Shown here piece after piece: positions 37,384 through 47,131 of a DNA stretch of 64,000 nucleotides. The notes below the pieces were generated by a model. It did no database searches. It was not told the DNA's origin and saw nothing but the letters and a program-made list of their open reading frames with translations. The stretch is taken from the NCBI GenBank assembly GCA_965225945.1, contig CBDDBZ010000024.1:1-64000 (forward strand), given 5' to 3'. The DNA comes from Alphaproteobacteria bacterium. Lineage in GTDB: Bacteria; Pseudomonadota; Alphaproteobacteria; GCA-2731375. The position numbers were made by a program, and so were the translations under genes. Numbering within the stretch: the first letter of the stretch is position 1; every line of letters starts with the position of its first letter.

Positions 37384-37491
37384 GCGCGAGGGAACCGGCT
37401 GGTCTCCTCGGTTTCCGGCCGATGCGCTGACATCAACCGCCGGATCATGCTCAAAGTGAGGCGCCGACCGAATTCGGGGTACCCGACCGGG

Positions 37492-39123
37492 CTATTCACC
37501 GCCACCCAACAGGCGTTTGGCCTCCTCGCGCAGCTCGGTCTTGCGGATCTTGCCGCTGGCGGTCATCGCGAATTCGTCGACGAAGATCACGTGTCGCGGG
37601 AGCTTGAAGCTCGCGACGTGGCCGCGGCAGAAGCCGATGACCGCCTCCTCGGTGATCTCGACGCCGGGCGCGGCCTGCACGAAGGCCACGGCGACCTCCG
37701 AGAGGCGCGCGTCGGCAAGGCCGACCACGGCGACCTGGAACACCTCGTCGCGTTCCAGCAGCAGGCCCTCGACCTCCATCGGATCGACGTTCTCGCCGCC
37801 GACTTTCAGCATGTCCTTGTAGCGGCCGAGGAAGCGGAGATAGCCGTCGGCCAGCAGGACGCCCGTGTCGCCGGTGTGGAACCAGCCGTCCGCGTCGTAG
37901 GCGGCCGCCGTCTCCTCCGGCTTCTCGTAATAGCCGAGCATCAGGGCATCGCCCTTGACAATCAGCTCGCCGGGGATGCCGGCGGGTTGGTCGACGCCGG
38001 TCTCGGGATCGACGACGCGACACTGGTAGCCGAGCGCCGGGTAGCCCGAGGTCTCGCAGCGATGCGCCTCGTCGTCGTCGAGCGACCCGAGCGAAACGCC
38101 GAGCCAAATCTCGGTCATGCCGTAGCCGGAGACCGTGTGCAGCGGCGCCAAGACCCGGGCCCCGCGCCGCGCGATGGGCGTCGCGCTCAACATGCCGGCG
38201 GCGAAGATGCCGACGCGGAGCGTGGAGAGATCGCGCGGACGCGCCTCCTGCGCCTCTGTCAAAGCCTTCATGTGCGCCTCGAAGCCGTGCATCATCGTGA
38301 CCCCTTCGCGCTCGACCAGGTCCAGACATTCGTCGGGATCGAAAGTCTCGGTGATGACCTGCTTGGCGCCCGTCACCATGGCCATCAGCGCACCCTCCGA
38401 ATAGCCGAAGGCGTGGAACAGCGGCAGATAGTTGAGGACCACGTCGATCGGCGTGATCGCCATGCGGAAGCCGCGTCGCTCGATGTTCGGGATCAATTTG
38501 TGGCTGTGCATCGCCCCCTTGGGAAACCCGGTGGTGCCGGAGGTGTACATGATCATCACCGGATCGTCCGGGTCCACGGCGTCGGCCCGCGCCCGGAGAT
38601 CCGCCTCGGAGACCGCCTCGCCCTCGGCCTTCGCCTGGTCCCAGGAGACGGCGCCCGCCGCGACCTCCGCCCCCACGATCACCAGCCGTCGCATCTTGGG
38701 CACGCTCGCATCGTCGATCTCGATGCCCGTCTCCGGCATCGACAGCACCTCGCGCGCCATCGCCTGATAGTCGATCGGCCCCGAACGGTCGTGGGTGATC
38801 AGCATGACGCTGTCCGATTGGCCGACCACATAGTCGAGGTCGCGGGTCCGGAAGCGGGTGTTGATCGGCACCTGGACCGCGCCGATCTTGGCCAGCGCGA
38901 AGCTGATGAAGATCCAGTGGTCACAATTGTTGAGCCAGAGCGCCACGTGTTCGCCCGGCCCGATGCCCTGGACCATCAGCGCCTTGGCGGCGCGGTCTAT
39001 CTCCGCCGCCTGGGCCCGAAAATCATGGCGGCGATTCTGGAACACCAGCGCCTCGCGCTCTGGATGACGCGCGGCCATGTCGTCGGCGAGATCGCCGAAC
39101 CGTCGCTTCGCGTACCACTCCAT
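37492..39123 (-). CDS. AMP-binding acyl-CoA synthetase
   Basis: YTSGTTGFPKG, YGMTE, LKVGGENV. Confidence 0.9.
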   Translation of the reverse strand: MEWYAKRRFGDLADDMAARHPEREALVFQNRRHDFRAQAAEIDRAAKALMVQGIGPGEHVALWLNNCDHWIFISFALAKIGAVQVPINTRFRTRDLDYVVGQSDSVMLITHDRSGPIDYQAMAREVLSMPETGIEIDDASVPKMRRLVIVGAEVAAGAVSWDQAKAEGEAVSEADLRARADAVDPDDPVMIMYTSGTTGFPKGAMHSHKLIPNIERRGFRMAITPIDVVLNYLPLFHAFGYSEGALMAMVTGAKQVITETFDPDECLDLVEREGVTMMHGFEAHMKALTEAQEARPRDLSTLRVGIFAAGMLSATPIARRGARVLAPLHTVSGYGMTEIWLGVSLGSLDDDEAHRCETSGYPALGYQCRVVDPETGVDQPAGIPGELIVKGDALMLGYYEKPEETAAAYDADGWFHTGDTGVLLADGYLRFLGRYKDMLKVGGENVDPMEVEGLLLERDEVFQVAVVGLADARLSEVAVAFVQAAPGVEITEEAVIGFCRGHVASFKLPRHVIFVDEFAMTASGKIRKTELREEAKRLLGGGE

Positions 39124-39158
39124 CGCCTCGCTCCTCGTCGTTGCGCGGGCCGAAAGTC

Positions 39159-40172
39159 TCAATGCCGGTTGGCGAGGTCCAGAAAGTCCCGGTTGACGCA
39201 GTTCCTGAGCTCGCCGTCCCGAAGGTAGCCGAGCATGGAGCGGAACGCCTTGGCCCGAAGATCGCGCTGCCCCGGCACGCTGTAGAAGGCGGCGTGGGGC
39301 GAGAGCAAGAGGCGCCCGTCGATCCAGTCCTCGCGGGCGGTGAAGGCGCGGATCAGGGGATGGTCCTCCGGCGGCTCGCTCGGCAGCACGTCGAGGGCGG
39401 CGCCGGCGATTCGGCCCTCCCTGAGCGCGTCGTACAGCGCGTCGATGTCGACCACCGGTCCCCGGCTGGTGTTGACCAGCACGGTCGTCGGCTTGGCCCG
39501 GGTCAGCAGGTCGGCATCGACCAGGCGCTCGGTTTCGGCGCTCAAGGGCGTGTGCAGGCTGATGGTATCCGCCGTCTCGAACAATTCCTCGACGCATCCC
39601 ATGCGGCGATAGCCGGTGGCTAGATCAGCGCCGTCGGGGAGGTAGGGGTCATGAAACACGACGTCCATGTCGAAGGCCCGGGCGCGCCTGGCGGCGGCGG
39701 TGCCGATCCGCCCGAGGCCGACGATGCCGAAGGTCGTGCCGCGCAGCCGCATGAGGCAACGCTCCGCCGCGTAGTCCCAATTGCCGCGCGGATCGGCGCG
39801 CAGGCAATCGTTGTAGCGGACCACCGCGCGCCTGAGCGCCAGCGCCATGGCGATGGCGTGGTCGGCGACCTCGGTGGTGCCGTAGTCGGGGACGTTGCAG
39901 ACGGCGATGCCGCGGGCGCCGAAACCTTCCAGGTCCAGGCCGTCGAAGCCGACCCCGCCGCGCACCACCATCCGGCAGTTCTCCATCAGCCCCATCCGCG
40001 TCGTCACCAGCGGAGTACAGCGAAACACCAGGATGGCGTCCGCCTCGGCCCAGGAGTCCTCCGGCACCGCCTCGCCGTCGTCATGGACGTCGAGCGTAAC
40101 GTCGAGTCCGGCGGTGATTTCCTCCTCGACCTCGAGGCCTTCCCACATCTTGTCGGTGATCAGAATACGCAC
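39159..40172 (-). CDS. D-2-hydroxyacid dehydrogenase (CtBP-like)
   Basis: NVPDYGTTEVADH, GLGRIG, NTSRG, SPHAAFYS. Confidence 0.9.
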   Translation of the reverse strand: MRILITDKMWEGLEVEEEITAGLDVTLDVHDDGEAVPEDSWAEADAILVFRCTPLVTTRMGLMENCRMVVRGGVGFDGLDLEGFGARGIAVCNVPDYGTTEVADHAIAMALALRRAVVRYNDCLRADPRGNWDYAAERCLMRLRGTTFGIVGLGRIGTAAARRARAFDMDVVFHDPYLPDGADLATGYRRMGCVEELFETADTISLHTPLSAETERLVDADLLTRAKPTTVLVNTSRGPVVDIDALYDALREGRIAGAALDVLPSEPPEDHPLIRAFTAREDWIDGRLLLSPHAAFYSVPGQRDLRAKAFRSMLGYLRDGELRNCVNRDFLDLANRH

Positions 40173-40517
40173 GCCTCGCTCTCCCTTCCCGCTTTGCCGT
40201 CCCGGCCGGCTGTTCTACCTTCGAGACCCGGGGCGGGACAAGGCGTGGGAACGAAAGCGCTCGCGAACCGTCGATCGAACGCCGCGATCACTGGACGGCG
40301 AGGGCGCGGATCGACTAAGAGTCGACCGACAACCCACGCAGACGATATGTCGGGCCGAAGCGACGATCAGGCGCGGCGTGGAGACGGGCAATGTTGACAC
40401 GGCTAGATTTATTGAACTTCAAGTCTTGGAGACATGCGGATCTGCGCTTCGGCCGCGTTACCGGGCTGTTCGGTCCCAACAGCTCGGGCAAGAGCAGCTT
40501 GCTGCAGTTTCTGTTGA

Positions 40518-40617
40518 TAGCCGGATCGCCTCCTCAATGCGCCTGCGCCGGCCCTTGCCTGCAGTCCAAGGAGACACACTACATATAGTGGGTGTGGGTG
40601 ATAACCGGATAGGCAAG
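40518..40617 (-). mobile_element. 100-bp terminal fragment of the LRV cassette including one full TIR
   Basis: matches the last 100 bp of copies 2 and 3; TIR at 40575-40617. Confidence 0.92.
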
Positions 40618-40687
40618 TATTGCTGACCGGGCTGTTCGGTCCCAACAGCTCGGGCAAGAACAGTTTCTGTTGATGCTGAAATCAGAC

Positions 40688-40831
40688 TAAGAACGCCACC
40701 GACCGGGGATTGGTCCTGGATCTCGGTGGTCCCGACCAGCTCGTCGATCTCGGCACATTTAAGAACGCCACCGACCGGGGATTGGTCCTGGATCTCGGTG
40801 GTCCCGACCAGCTCGTCGATCTCGGCACATT
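40688..40831 (+). repeat. 72-bp exact tandem duplication inside the ATPase gene
   Basis: taagaacgccaccgacc...ctcggcacatt at 40688-40759 and 40760-40831. Confidence 0.92.
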
Positions 40832-41983
40832 TCGCGACATGGTGCATGGCCATGACGAAAAAGCGACGATCGCCTGGCGACTGGAGTGGGAGGAATTCGA
40901 GCCGCTCGAAATTCCGGATCCCGCCGGGCGGCGGCGCGATGTCATGCTTTCCGGTCACGAGATGGCCATCGAATGCGAGGTTGCGCTTCGGCGCAATTCG
41001 ATGAGCGCACGCCGATTGATGTACGAGTTCGAAACTGAGAAATACTCTTTAAGGCCAAAACCGACAAAACCCACTGAGTTCGTTCTCGGCTCTAGCTCGT
41101 TACGAGGGCCGGGTTTCGACTTTCAACGCAGCCGCGGTCGAGCCTGGCCGCTTCCTGGACCAATCAAGACGCATCTCTTTCCCGATCAAGCCAAAACATA
41201 CTATCGGAACGCGGATTTTCTCGGCTATTATGAATCTGCATACGAGGAAACAATTGATAACGTCTATTATCTCGGGCCCTTGAGAGTGTATCCGAAACGC
41301 CTATACACATGGGCTGGCGCCAGACCCGTCGATGTTGGTCCACGTGGTGAAAGAACCATTGATGCGATCCTGGCGGCGACTTCAGAAGGCGAATTGTTGA
41401 ACCTTGGTCTCAAAACAAAGCGACGCTCGTTTCAAGAAATGATCGCCCACTGGCTCAAGAAATTGGGGCTTATACAGGAGTTCAGAGTCGACGAACTAGT
41501 GAGCGGATCTAACACATACCGAGCCGTGGTGCTACGCGACCGTCGCGGTTACGAGGCATTGTTGACCGATGTCGGTTTTGGAGTGTCGCAGGTCTTGCCC
41601 GTTCTGGTGCTGCTCTACTATGTTCCAGAGGGCACGACCGTCATCTTGGAACAACCAGAAATTCATCTCCATCCTAGTGTGCAGAGCGGTCTAGCGGATG
41701 TGATATTGAAGGTGGCCGAAACACGCAACGTACAGGTAATCGTCGAAAGTCACAGCGAACACCTACTCCGCCGACTACAGCGTCGCGTTGCGGAAGGCAA
41801 GGTCGACGCCGAAGATATCTGCCTCTATTTCTGCTCCGTTCGTCGGAGTACGTCATCCTTACGAGACCTACAACTCAATAAGTTCGGCGAGATCCAAAAC
41901 TGGCCTGAGTATTTCTTCGGTGACGACTTCGGCGAGGTCGCCGCGACGCAGAAAGCCGGTCTGAAACGGCGAATGGCGGCGGA

Positions 41984-42484
41984 ATGAAGCTCAAAGCGGT
42001 CGTTGACACCAATGTTGCGGTCGTCGCCAACGGTCGTCGCACCCATGCCATCGCTGCGTGTCAATTACGCTGCATCGAACGCCTCGAATCGATCGTCGCC
42101 AGCGGAATGGTTTTGATCGATGATCGACAGCTGATTTTGAACGAGTATCGAAACCGACTTACGCCCACCAGAGGTCCAGCTGCGGGCGATAGGTTCTTCC
42201 TGCATGTATACAGACATCAACATGTAAGTGATCGCGTCCAATCGGTTCCCGTAACGCCGCGGGATGATATGCCGGATCACTTCGAGGAGCTACCGGACGA
42301 TCCCCGGCTGGACACTTTCGATCGTAGGGACCGCAAGTTCGCCGCCGTGGCGCGGGTGGGACGAGCGCCGGTGTGGAACGCGACCGACAGCGATTGGGCG
42401 GAGCACGAACAGGCGCTGCGCGAGAACGGTATCGTCGTGGAGCAGCTCTGCCCGGAGCACGCCACCAGGGACGGACAGCCGTAG
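41984..42484 (+). CDS. PIN-like domain protein coupled to the ATPase
   Basis: VVDTNV, ILNEY, DRRDRKFAAVA, NATDSDW; ATGA overlap. Confidence 0.7.
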   Translation: MKLKAVVDTNVAVVANGRRTHAIAACQLRCIERLESIVASGMVLIDDRQLILNEYRNRLTPTRGPAAGDRFFLHVYRHQHVSDRVQSVPVTPRDDMPDHFEELPDDPRLDTFDRRDRKFAAVARVGRAPVWNATDSDWAEHEQALRENGIVVEQLCPEHATRDGQP

Positions 42485-42511
42485 CCGGCGTGGGACGAGG
42501 AGGACGCGAAC

Positions 42512-43291
42512 ATGGACGAGCTGAAAATCGCGCGAGAGGCGGGAGGGATCGCCGTCGTCACCATCGACCGGCCGGCCAAGCGCAACGCCGTGACGCTGGC
42601 CATGTGGCGCGGGTTGGCGGAGATCGCGCGCGAGCTCGAAGCCGACGCAGGGGTCCGGGTGGTGATCGTGACCGGCGCCGGCGGCCATTTCTCGGCTGGC
42701 GCCGACATCGCCGAGTTCGCCACGGTGCGCGACACGCCCGAACGCGGCGCCGTCTACGAGGAGGCGACGGCGGCGGCCGAGAATTCGCTCCACGGCCTGG
42801 CCAAGCCGACGATCGCGGCGGTCGACGGCGTCTGCGTCGGCGGCGGGCTCGGCCTCGCCATCTGCTGCGACTTCCGCGTCGCCGGGCCCGAGGCGCGCTT
42901 CGGCATTCCCGCCGCCCGCCTCGGCATCGTCTATGCGCTCGGCGAGACGCGGCGCCTGGTCGACGTCGTGGGCGCCGTCGGCGCCAAGCGGATCCTGTTC
43001 TCGGGCGAGATTTTCGACCGGGAGGCGGCCCAGGCGCTCGGCCTGGTCGACGAGGCGGCCGACGGCCCGGCGTTGCCGGCGGCCCGCGCTCTTGCCACCG
43101 CCATGGCCGCCAACGCGCCGCTCTCGCTCGCCGGCGCCAAGTTCGTGGTCAACGCCATCACCGCCGGCCGGGGCGAGGCGGAGCGGGCGCCGATCGACGC
43201 GCTCTGCCTGGAGGCGATCGCCAGCGAAGACTATGGCGAAGGCCGCGCCGCCTTCCTCGAGAAGCGCCGCCCGAGCTTCACCGGGGCTTGA
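42512..43291 (+). CDS. enoyl-CoA hydratase/isomerase family protein
   Basis: FSAGADI, CVGGG, FGIPAARLG, AFLEKRRP. Confidence 0.92.
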   Translation: MDELKIAREAGGIAVVTIDRPAKRNAVTLAMWRGLAEIARELEADAGVRVVIVTGAGGHFSAGADIAEFATVRDTPERGAVYEEATAAAENSLHGLAKPTIAAVDGVCVGGGLGLAICCDFRVAGPEARFGIPAARLGIVYALGETRRLVDVVGAVGAKRILFSGEIFDREAAQALGLVDEAADGPALPAARALATAMAANAPLSLAGAKFVVNAITAGRGEAERAPIDALCLEAIASEDYGEGRAAFLEKRRPSFTGA

Positions 43292-43300
43292 GAAGCGGCC

Positions 43301-44716
43301 ATGGCGGGCGACCACGCGCGGTTGCCGTCGCGCGGCGCGGGCCCCCTCCTCCACCCCGCGCTCGCCGGCCTCTGGCTCCGCCCCTGGTTCGACGCCTTCG
43401 CGCTCCGCTTCATCGCCGACTGGCAGATGCCGATGGCGCGCGCTCTCGCGACGGCGCTGGCCGTGGACGGCGAACCCGAGACGTTTCGCCGGCGGCTCGC
43501 TCTCGCGCGACGCCCGGGCCCGGTGACGCGCGCAAGCTTGGCCGCCGTCGCGGCCGGGGGGCGGGCTTACGCACGCGCGGCGGCGGACTGGGAGGCGACG
43601 CTGTTCGCCCCGAGCCCGCCCACGCCGGAGGCGGCGATCGCGGCCGAGGTCGCGCGGCGGAGCGCGGCGGAGCGGATGATGCTGTCGCAAACTCGCTTCC
43701 TGCCCCTCGTCGCGCGGGGCGCGGTGGCGCCGCTCGGCTGGGACGTCGCCAGCCAAGAGGAGATGCACGCGCGGCACGGCGCACGGCTGGAAGGTCTCGC
43801 CTTCCCCGCGCCGGCGCCGGGCGAGGTTCGCCGTTCCCATTCGTTGCTCGGGCCCGACGGCGCGCAGTATTGGCTGCGGATGCCCGCGCCCTCCCCCCTG
43901 CTGGACGACGAGGCCTGGGCCCATGTGTATGAGCCGGCCGGCGTCGAGAACCCGGCGACGCTCGTCTTCCTGCACGGCATCTGCATGGAGCTGGAGTTCT
44001 GGCCCGACCGCTTCGACCCGATCCCGAGGCTCGCCCGGCGCGGAATTCGTGTGCTTCGGGTCGAGGGGCCCTGGCACGGCCGGCGCCGCGCGGCGGGCCG
44101 TTTCGGCGGCGAGCCGATCCTGGCCCGGGGGCCGCTGGGTATGGTGGAACTGTTCGAGGCCTGGGCGAGCGAGGCGGCGCTCTGGATCGAGTGGGCCCGG
44201 CGCGCGGGCTCGGGGCCGGTGGCGCTGGCGGGCGTCAGTCTCGGCGCGCTGACCAGCCAGCTCGCAGCCACGGCCGCCCGCGACTGGCCGGCGGCGATGC
44301 GGCCCGACGCCTTGCTGCTCGTGGTCACCACCGGCGACCTCGGCGCCATCATCACCGAAAGCGACCTTCCCGCCCGCCTCGGCCTGCCCGCGCGGATCGC
44401 CGAGGAGGGCTGGACGGCCCAGACCATCCGGCCCTGGCTGGCGCTGGTCGAACCCGGGCCGGCACCGGCGCCGGCGCCCGGGAACATCGTGATGCTGCTG
44501 GGCGAGGTGGACCGGGTGGCCCCCTTCGCCGGCGGCCTGGCGCTGGCGGATCGCTGGCGGGTGCCGGCGGCGAACCGCTTCCTCCAGCGCCGGGGCCACT
44601 TCTCCGCCAGCCTCTCGATGGGCTTCGATCCCCGGCCGATCGAGCGGCTGCTGGAGATCCTGGCGCGCCGGGGCGCGCGCCTCACTGGGCCTGACGGCGG
44701 GTATCCCGTGGTTTGA
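43301..44716 (+). CDS. alpha/beta hydrolase family protein
   Basis: FLHG, nucleophile GVSLG, C-terminal GHF. Confidence 0.75.
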   Translation: MAGDHARLPSRGAGPLLHPALAGLWLRPWFDAFALRFIADWQMPMARALATALAVDGEPETFRRRLALARRPGPVTRASLAAVAAGGRAYARAAADWEATLFAPSPPTPEAAIAAEVARRSAAERMMLSQTRFLPLVARGAVAPLGWDVASQEEMHARHGARLEGLAFPAPAPGEVRRSHSLLGPDGAQYWLRMPAPSPLLDDEAWAHVYEPAGVENPATLVFLHGICMELEFWPDRFDPIPRLARRGIRVLRVEGPWHGRRRAAGRFGGEPILARGPLGMVELFEAWASEAALWIEWARRAGSGPVALAGVSLGALTSQLAATAARDWPAAMRPDALLLVVTTGDLGAIITESDLPARLGLPARIAEEGWTAQTIRPWLALVEPGPAPAPAPGNIVMLLGEVDRVAPFAGGLALADRWRVPAANRFLQRRGHFSASLSMGFDPRPIERLLEILARRGARLTGPDGGYPVV

Positions 44717-44846
44717 GGGCGATCCGCCGCCCTTCGCACGATGAGCGATAGCCGGCCAGCACCGGTCGTTCCTCAAAACCTCGTCGGCCGCTGAAATCCT
44801 GGCATTTCATCCCACCGCCGGCGAGTGTTGGCGGCCTGCGGACGAT

Positions 44847-44940
44847 CGTCGTGATCCCCGTCGCCTTCGAGCGCGAGATCGTCCCGAGCCGCGCAACGTT
44901 ATAGCGGGAAAACATCGCTCCGCGCCGACAAGTGGCAGTC
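44847..44940 (+). repeat. 94-bp dispersed repeat, copy 1 (copy 2 at 53202-53295)
   Basis: shared core gcgagatcgtcccgagccgcgcaacg......gcgggaaaacatcgctccgcgcc. Confidence 0.85.
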
Positions 44941-44982
44941 CTGAAGCGGGAAAGACCACGGCCGCGGCTTCGGCCGACGTGC

Positions 44983-46089
44983 TCAGGCGGCCCGGGTCGC
45001 CTCCGCATGGCGCGAGAAGGCGGGCATCACTTCCTCTGCCAGCAGGGTGAGCGAGCGTCGGCAGAACGCCGGATCGTCCCACTCGTGCGCCATCACCGTG
45101 AGGACTCCGAAGGGACCCGTCTCGTCGCGTAACGCGACGAGTTTGTCGAGAACCGTGGCCGGCGAGCCCCACGCCACCATGGACTCGGCCACTTCGTGCC
45201 ACTCGACCGCGTCTGGGTCCGGATGCCCTTCCGGCGCGATGAACCTCGCCAGCCCCCGCGCGTGCAGCGACGAGAGCAAATAGCGGAACCAGAAGCCCAT
45301 GGCGCCGTCCGGATCGAGCAGATAGTCACGCGCCTCCTGGTCGCTCGGGGCGACCACGATGCTGCGCAAAACCCGCCAAATCTCGGGGTCGGGCCGCCGG
45401 CTCGCCAGCTCGCAGCCCTCGACGTAGCGCTCCCACTGGCTCCTCGTGTAGCGAGGCTGCAGGAAGCTCGACCCCGAGATCGGGATCCAGCCGCACTCGC
45501 CGGCCATCAGGGCGCTGCTCGAGCCCGGCGACAGGATCGAGACGGCGATCGGCGGATGGGGCTTCTGGTAGGGCTTCGGGAAGGCGCCGACGCCGAGCTC
45601 GATGCGGGAGACGTCCTCGAGCGTGACGTCCCAGTATTTGCCCTTGCGCCGATACGGGGGTTCGCCGTCCCAAATCGCGAGGATGTGTTCGATCGACTCA
45701 CGGACCATCGCCCCCCGGTCGGTGTCGCCTCCGACGTCGAAGAGCTCAACGTCCGAGGACAGGCTGCCGGTGCCAATTCCCATCAGGAATCGGCCACGAG
45801 AAAGGTGGTCGAACAACGCGGCCTGCCCCGCGACCTGCGCCGGGTGGTGCTGCGGCAGGCAGAATACGCCGGTGCCTAGCTTGATTCGCTTGGTCTGCTC
45901 GATGAGCGTGGCGAGAAATACGAGCGGGGCGGTGATCGGCTCGACGGTGGCGCTCACGTGCTCGCCGATCCAACACTCGTCGAAGCCGAGCGCATCGGCG
46001 AGCAAGACGGTCTGACGGTCCTCTTCGAGAACCTCGGTGAAGTTCCGTTGCGGATCATGCACGGGCTGCATGAACATTCCTAGGCGCAT
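44983..46089 (-). CDS. LLM class flavin-dependent oxidoreductase
   Basis: GFDECWIGEH, IKLGTGV, PKPYQKPHPP. Confidence 0.9.
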   Translation of the reverse strand: MRLGMFMQPVHDPQRNFTEVLEEDRQTVLLADALGFDECWIGEHVSATVEPITAPLVFLATLIEQTKRIKLGTGVFCLPQHHPAQVAGQAALFDHLSRGRFLMGIGTGSLSSDVELFDVGGDTDRGAMVRESIEHILAIWDGEPPYRRKGKYWDVTLEDVSRIELGVGAFPKPYQKPHPPIAVSILSPGSSSALMAGECGWIPISGSSFLQPRYTRSQWERYVEGCELASRRPDPEIWRVLRSIVVAPSDQEARDYLLDPDGAMGFWFRYLLSSLHARGLARFIAPEGHPDPDAVEWHEVAESMVAWGSPATVLDKLVALRDETGPFGVLTVMAHEWDDPAFCRRSLTLLAEEVMPAFSRHAEATRAA

Positions 46090-46281
46090 CTTTGCATGCC
46101 TCCCTACCCTGTGGCTTGCCCGGCTGGACAGCTCACAGGTTAGTGGAACCGACCTCCCAACACCAGGGCGGCGATGCTCTGGCGCGCCCTCGGCGAGACC
46201 GGCTATGTCTACAATCGGAGCGCCGCCAATCTAGGCCGCGGAAAATAAGGCCGGCTGTGCCGGGCTCCTGGGAGAGATGCG

Positions 46282-47118
46282 ATGCAGATCGTCGATTCAC
46301 AAATCCACCTCTGGGCGAATGACAAAATGGCGCCGCCGCACCGGCAGGTTGCCACCTACTCGATGGACGACGCCCTGCGGGAGATGGCCGAGGCCGGGGT
46401 CGACGCGGCGGTGATCCATCCCCCCAGCGCGCTTGGCGAGGCGGTCAACGTGCTGGCGGTCGATGGGGCGCGCCAACACCCGGACAAGTTCTGCATCCTG
46501 GGGCATTTCGACCTGCGGAGCCCGACAGGGCTCGACGTGGTCAAAGGGTGGCGGCAACGGCCGGGCATGCTCGGCTTCCGGTTCACCTTCAACCAGCCAC
46601 ACCAGCAGAGCTGGTGGAGCGACGGCTCGCTCGATTGGTTCTGGGCGGCGTGCAAGCGCGAGGGGCTGCCGATCGGCCTGCTGGCCGGCGCACACCTAGC
46701 CGAGCTCGCCAATATCGCCGAGCGCCATCCGGGGCTGAAGCTGCATATCGACCACTGCGGCCGGGGCGGCGGGAGTTCGGGGGGGATCGATGATCCCGCC
46801 TTCGCCAATTTGGAAGAGATGCTGGCCCTGGCCAAATACCCCAATGTCGCGGTGAAGCTCTCCGGCGCGCCGAGCTATTCGAGCCAACCCTATCCCTATC
46901 GCAACATCCACTCGTATATCCGGCGGATCTTCGACGAGTTCGGCCCCGGGCGCTGTTTCTGGGGCACGGACATCACCCGCATGGCGTGCCCATACCGGCA
47001 ATGCGTGACGATGTTTACCGAAGAGCTGCCCTGGCTCCGGGGGCGCGACCGGGAGCTGGTAATGGGGGACGCGATCTGCGACTGGCTCGGCTGGAGGCGG
47101 CACGGCGGCGCCGGGTAG
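46282..47118 (+). CDS. amidohydrolase family protein
   Basis: VDSQIHLW, IDHCG, VKLSG, FWGTD. Confidence 0.88.
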   Translation: MQIVDSQIHLWANDKMAPPHRQVATYSMDDALREMAEAGVDAAVIHPPSALGEAVNVLAVDGARQHPDKFCILGHFDLRSPTGLDVVKGWRQRPGMLGFRFTFNQPHQQSWWSDGSLDWFWAACKREGLPIGLLAGAHLAELANIAERHPGLKLHIDHCGRGGGSSGGIDDPAFANLEEMLALAKYPNVAVKLSGAPSYSSQPYPYRNIHSYIRRIFDEFGPGRCFWGTDITRMACPYRQCVTMFTEELPWLRGRDRELVMGDAICDWLGWRRHGGAG

Positions 47119-47131
47119 ACTTAGAGCATGA

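Larger units (their letters stand above)
40391..41987 (+). pseudogene. ABC/AAA ATPase (DUF3696-like), 5' end disrupted
   Basis: Walker A GPNSSGKS, GFGVSQVLP, LEQPEIHLHP, VESHS; interrupted at 40518-40690 by a cassette end and duplications. Confidence 0.85.

Noticed and set aside
40688-40831. Tandem repeats as a CRISPR array
   Set aside because: Two adjacent units of coding sequence, no spacers and no cas genes; no array found in the window.
42290-44776. Long antisense or alternate-frame ORFs such as the 828-aa ORF, 50567-52363 and 37447-39228
   Set aside because: Shadow ORFs of high-GC genes with no recognisable motifs.
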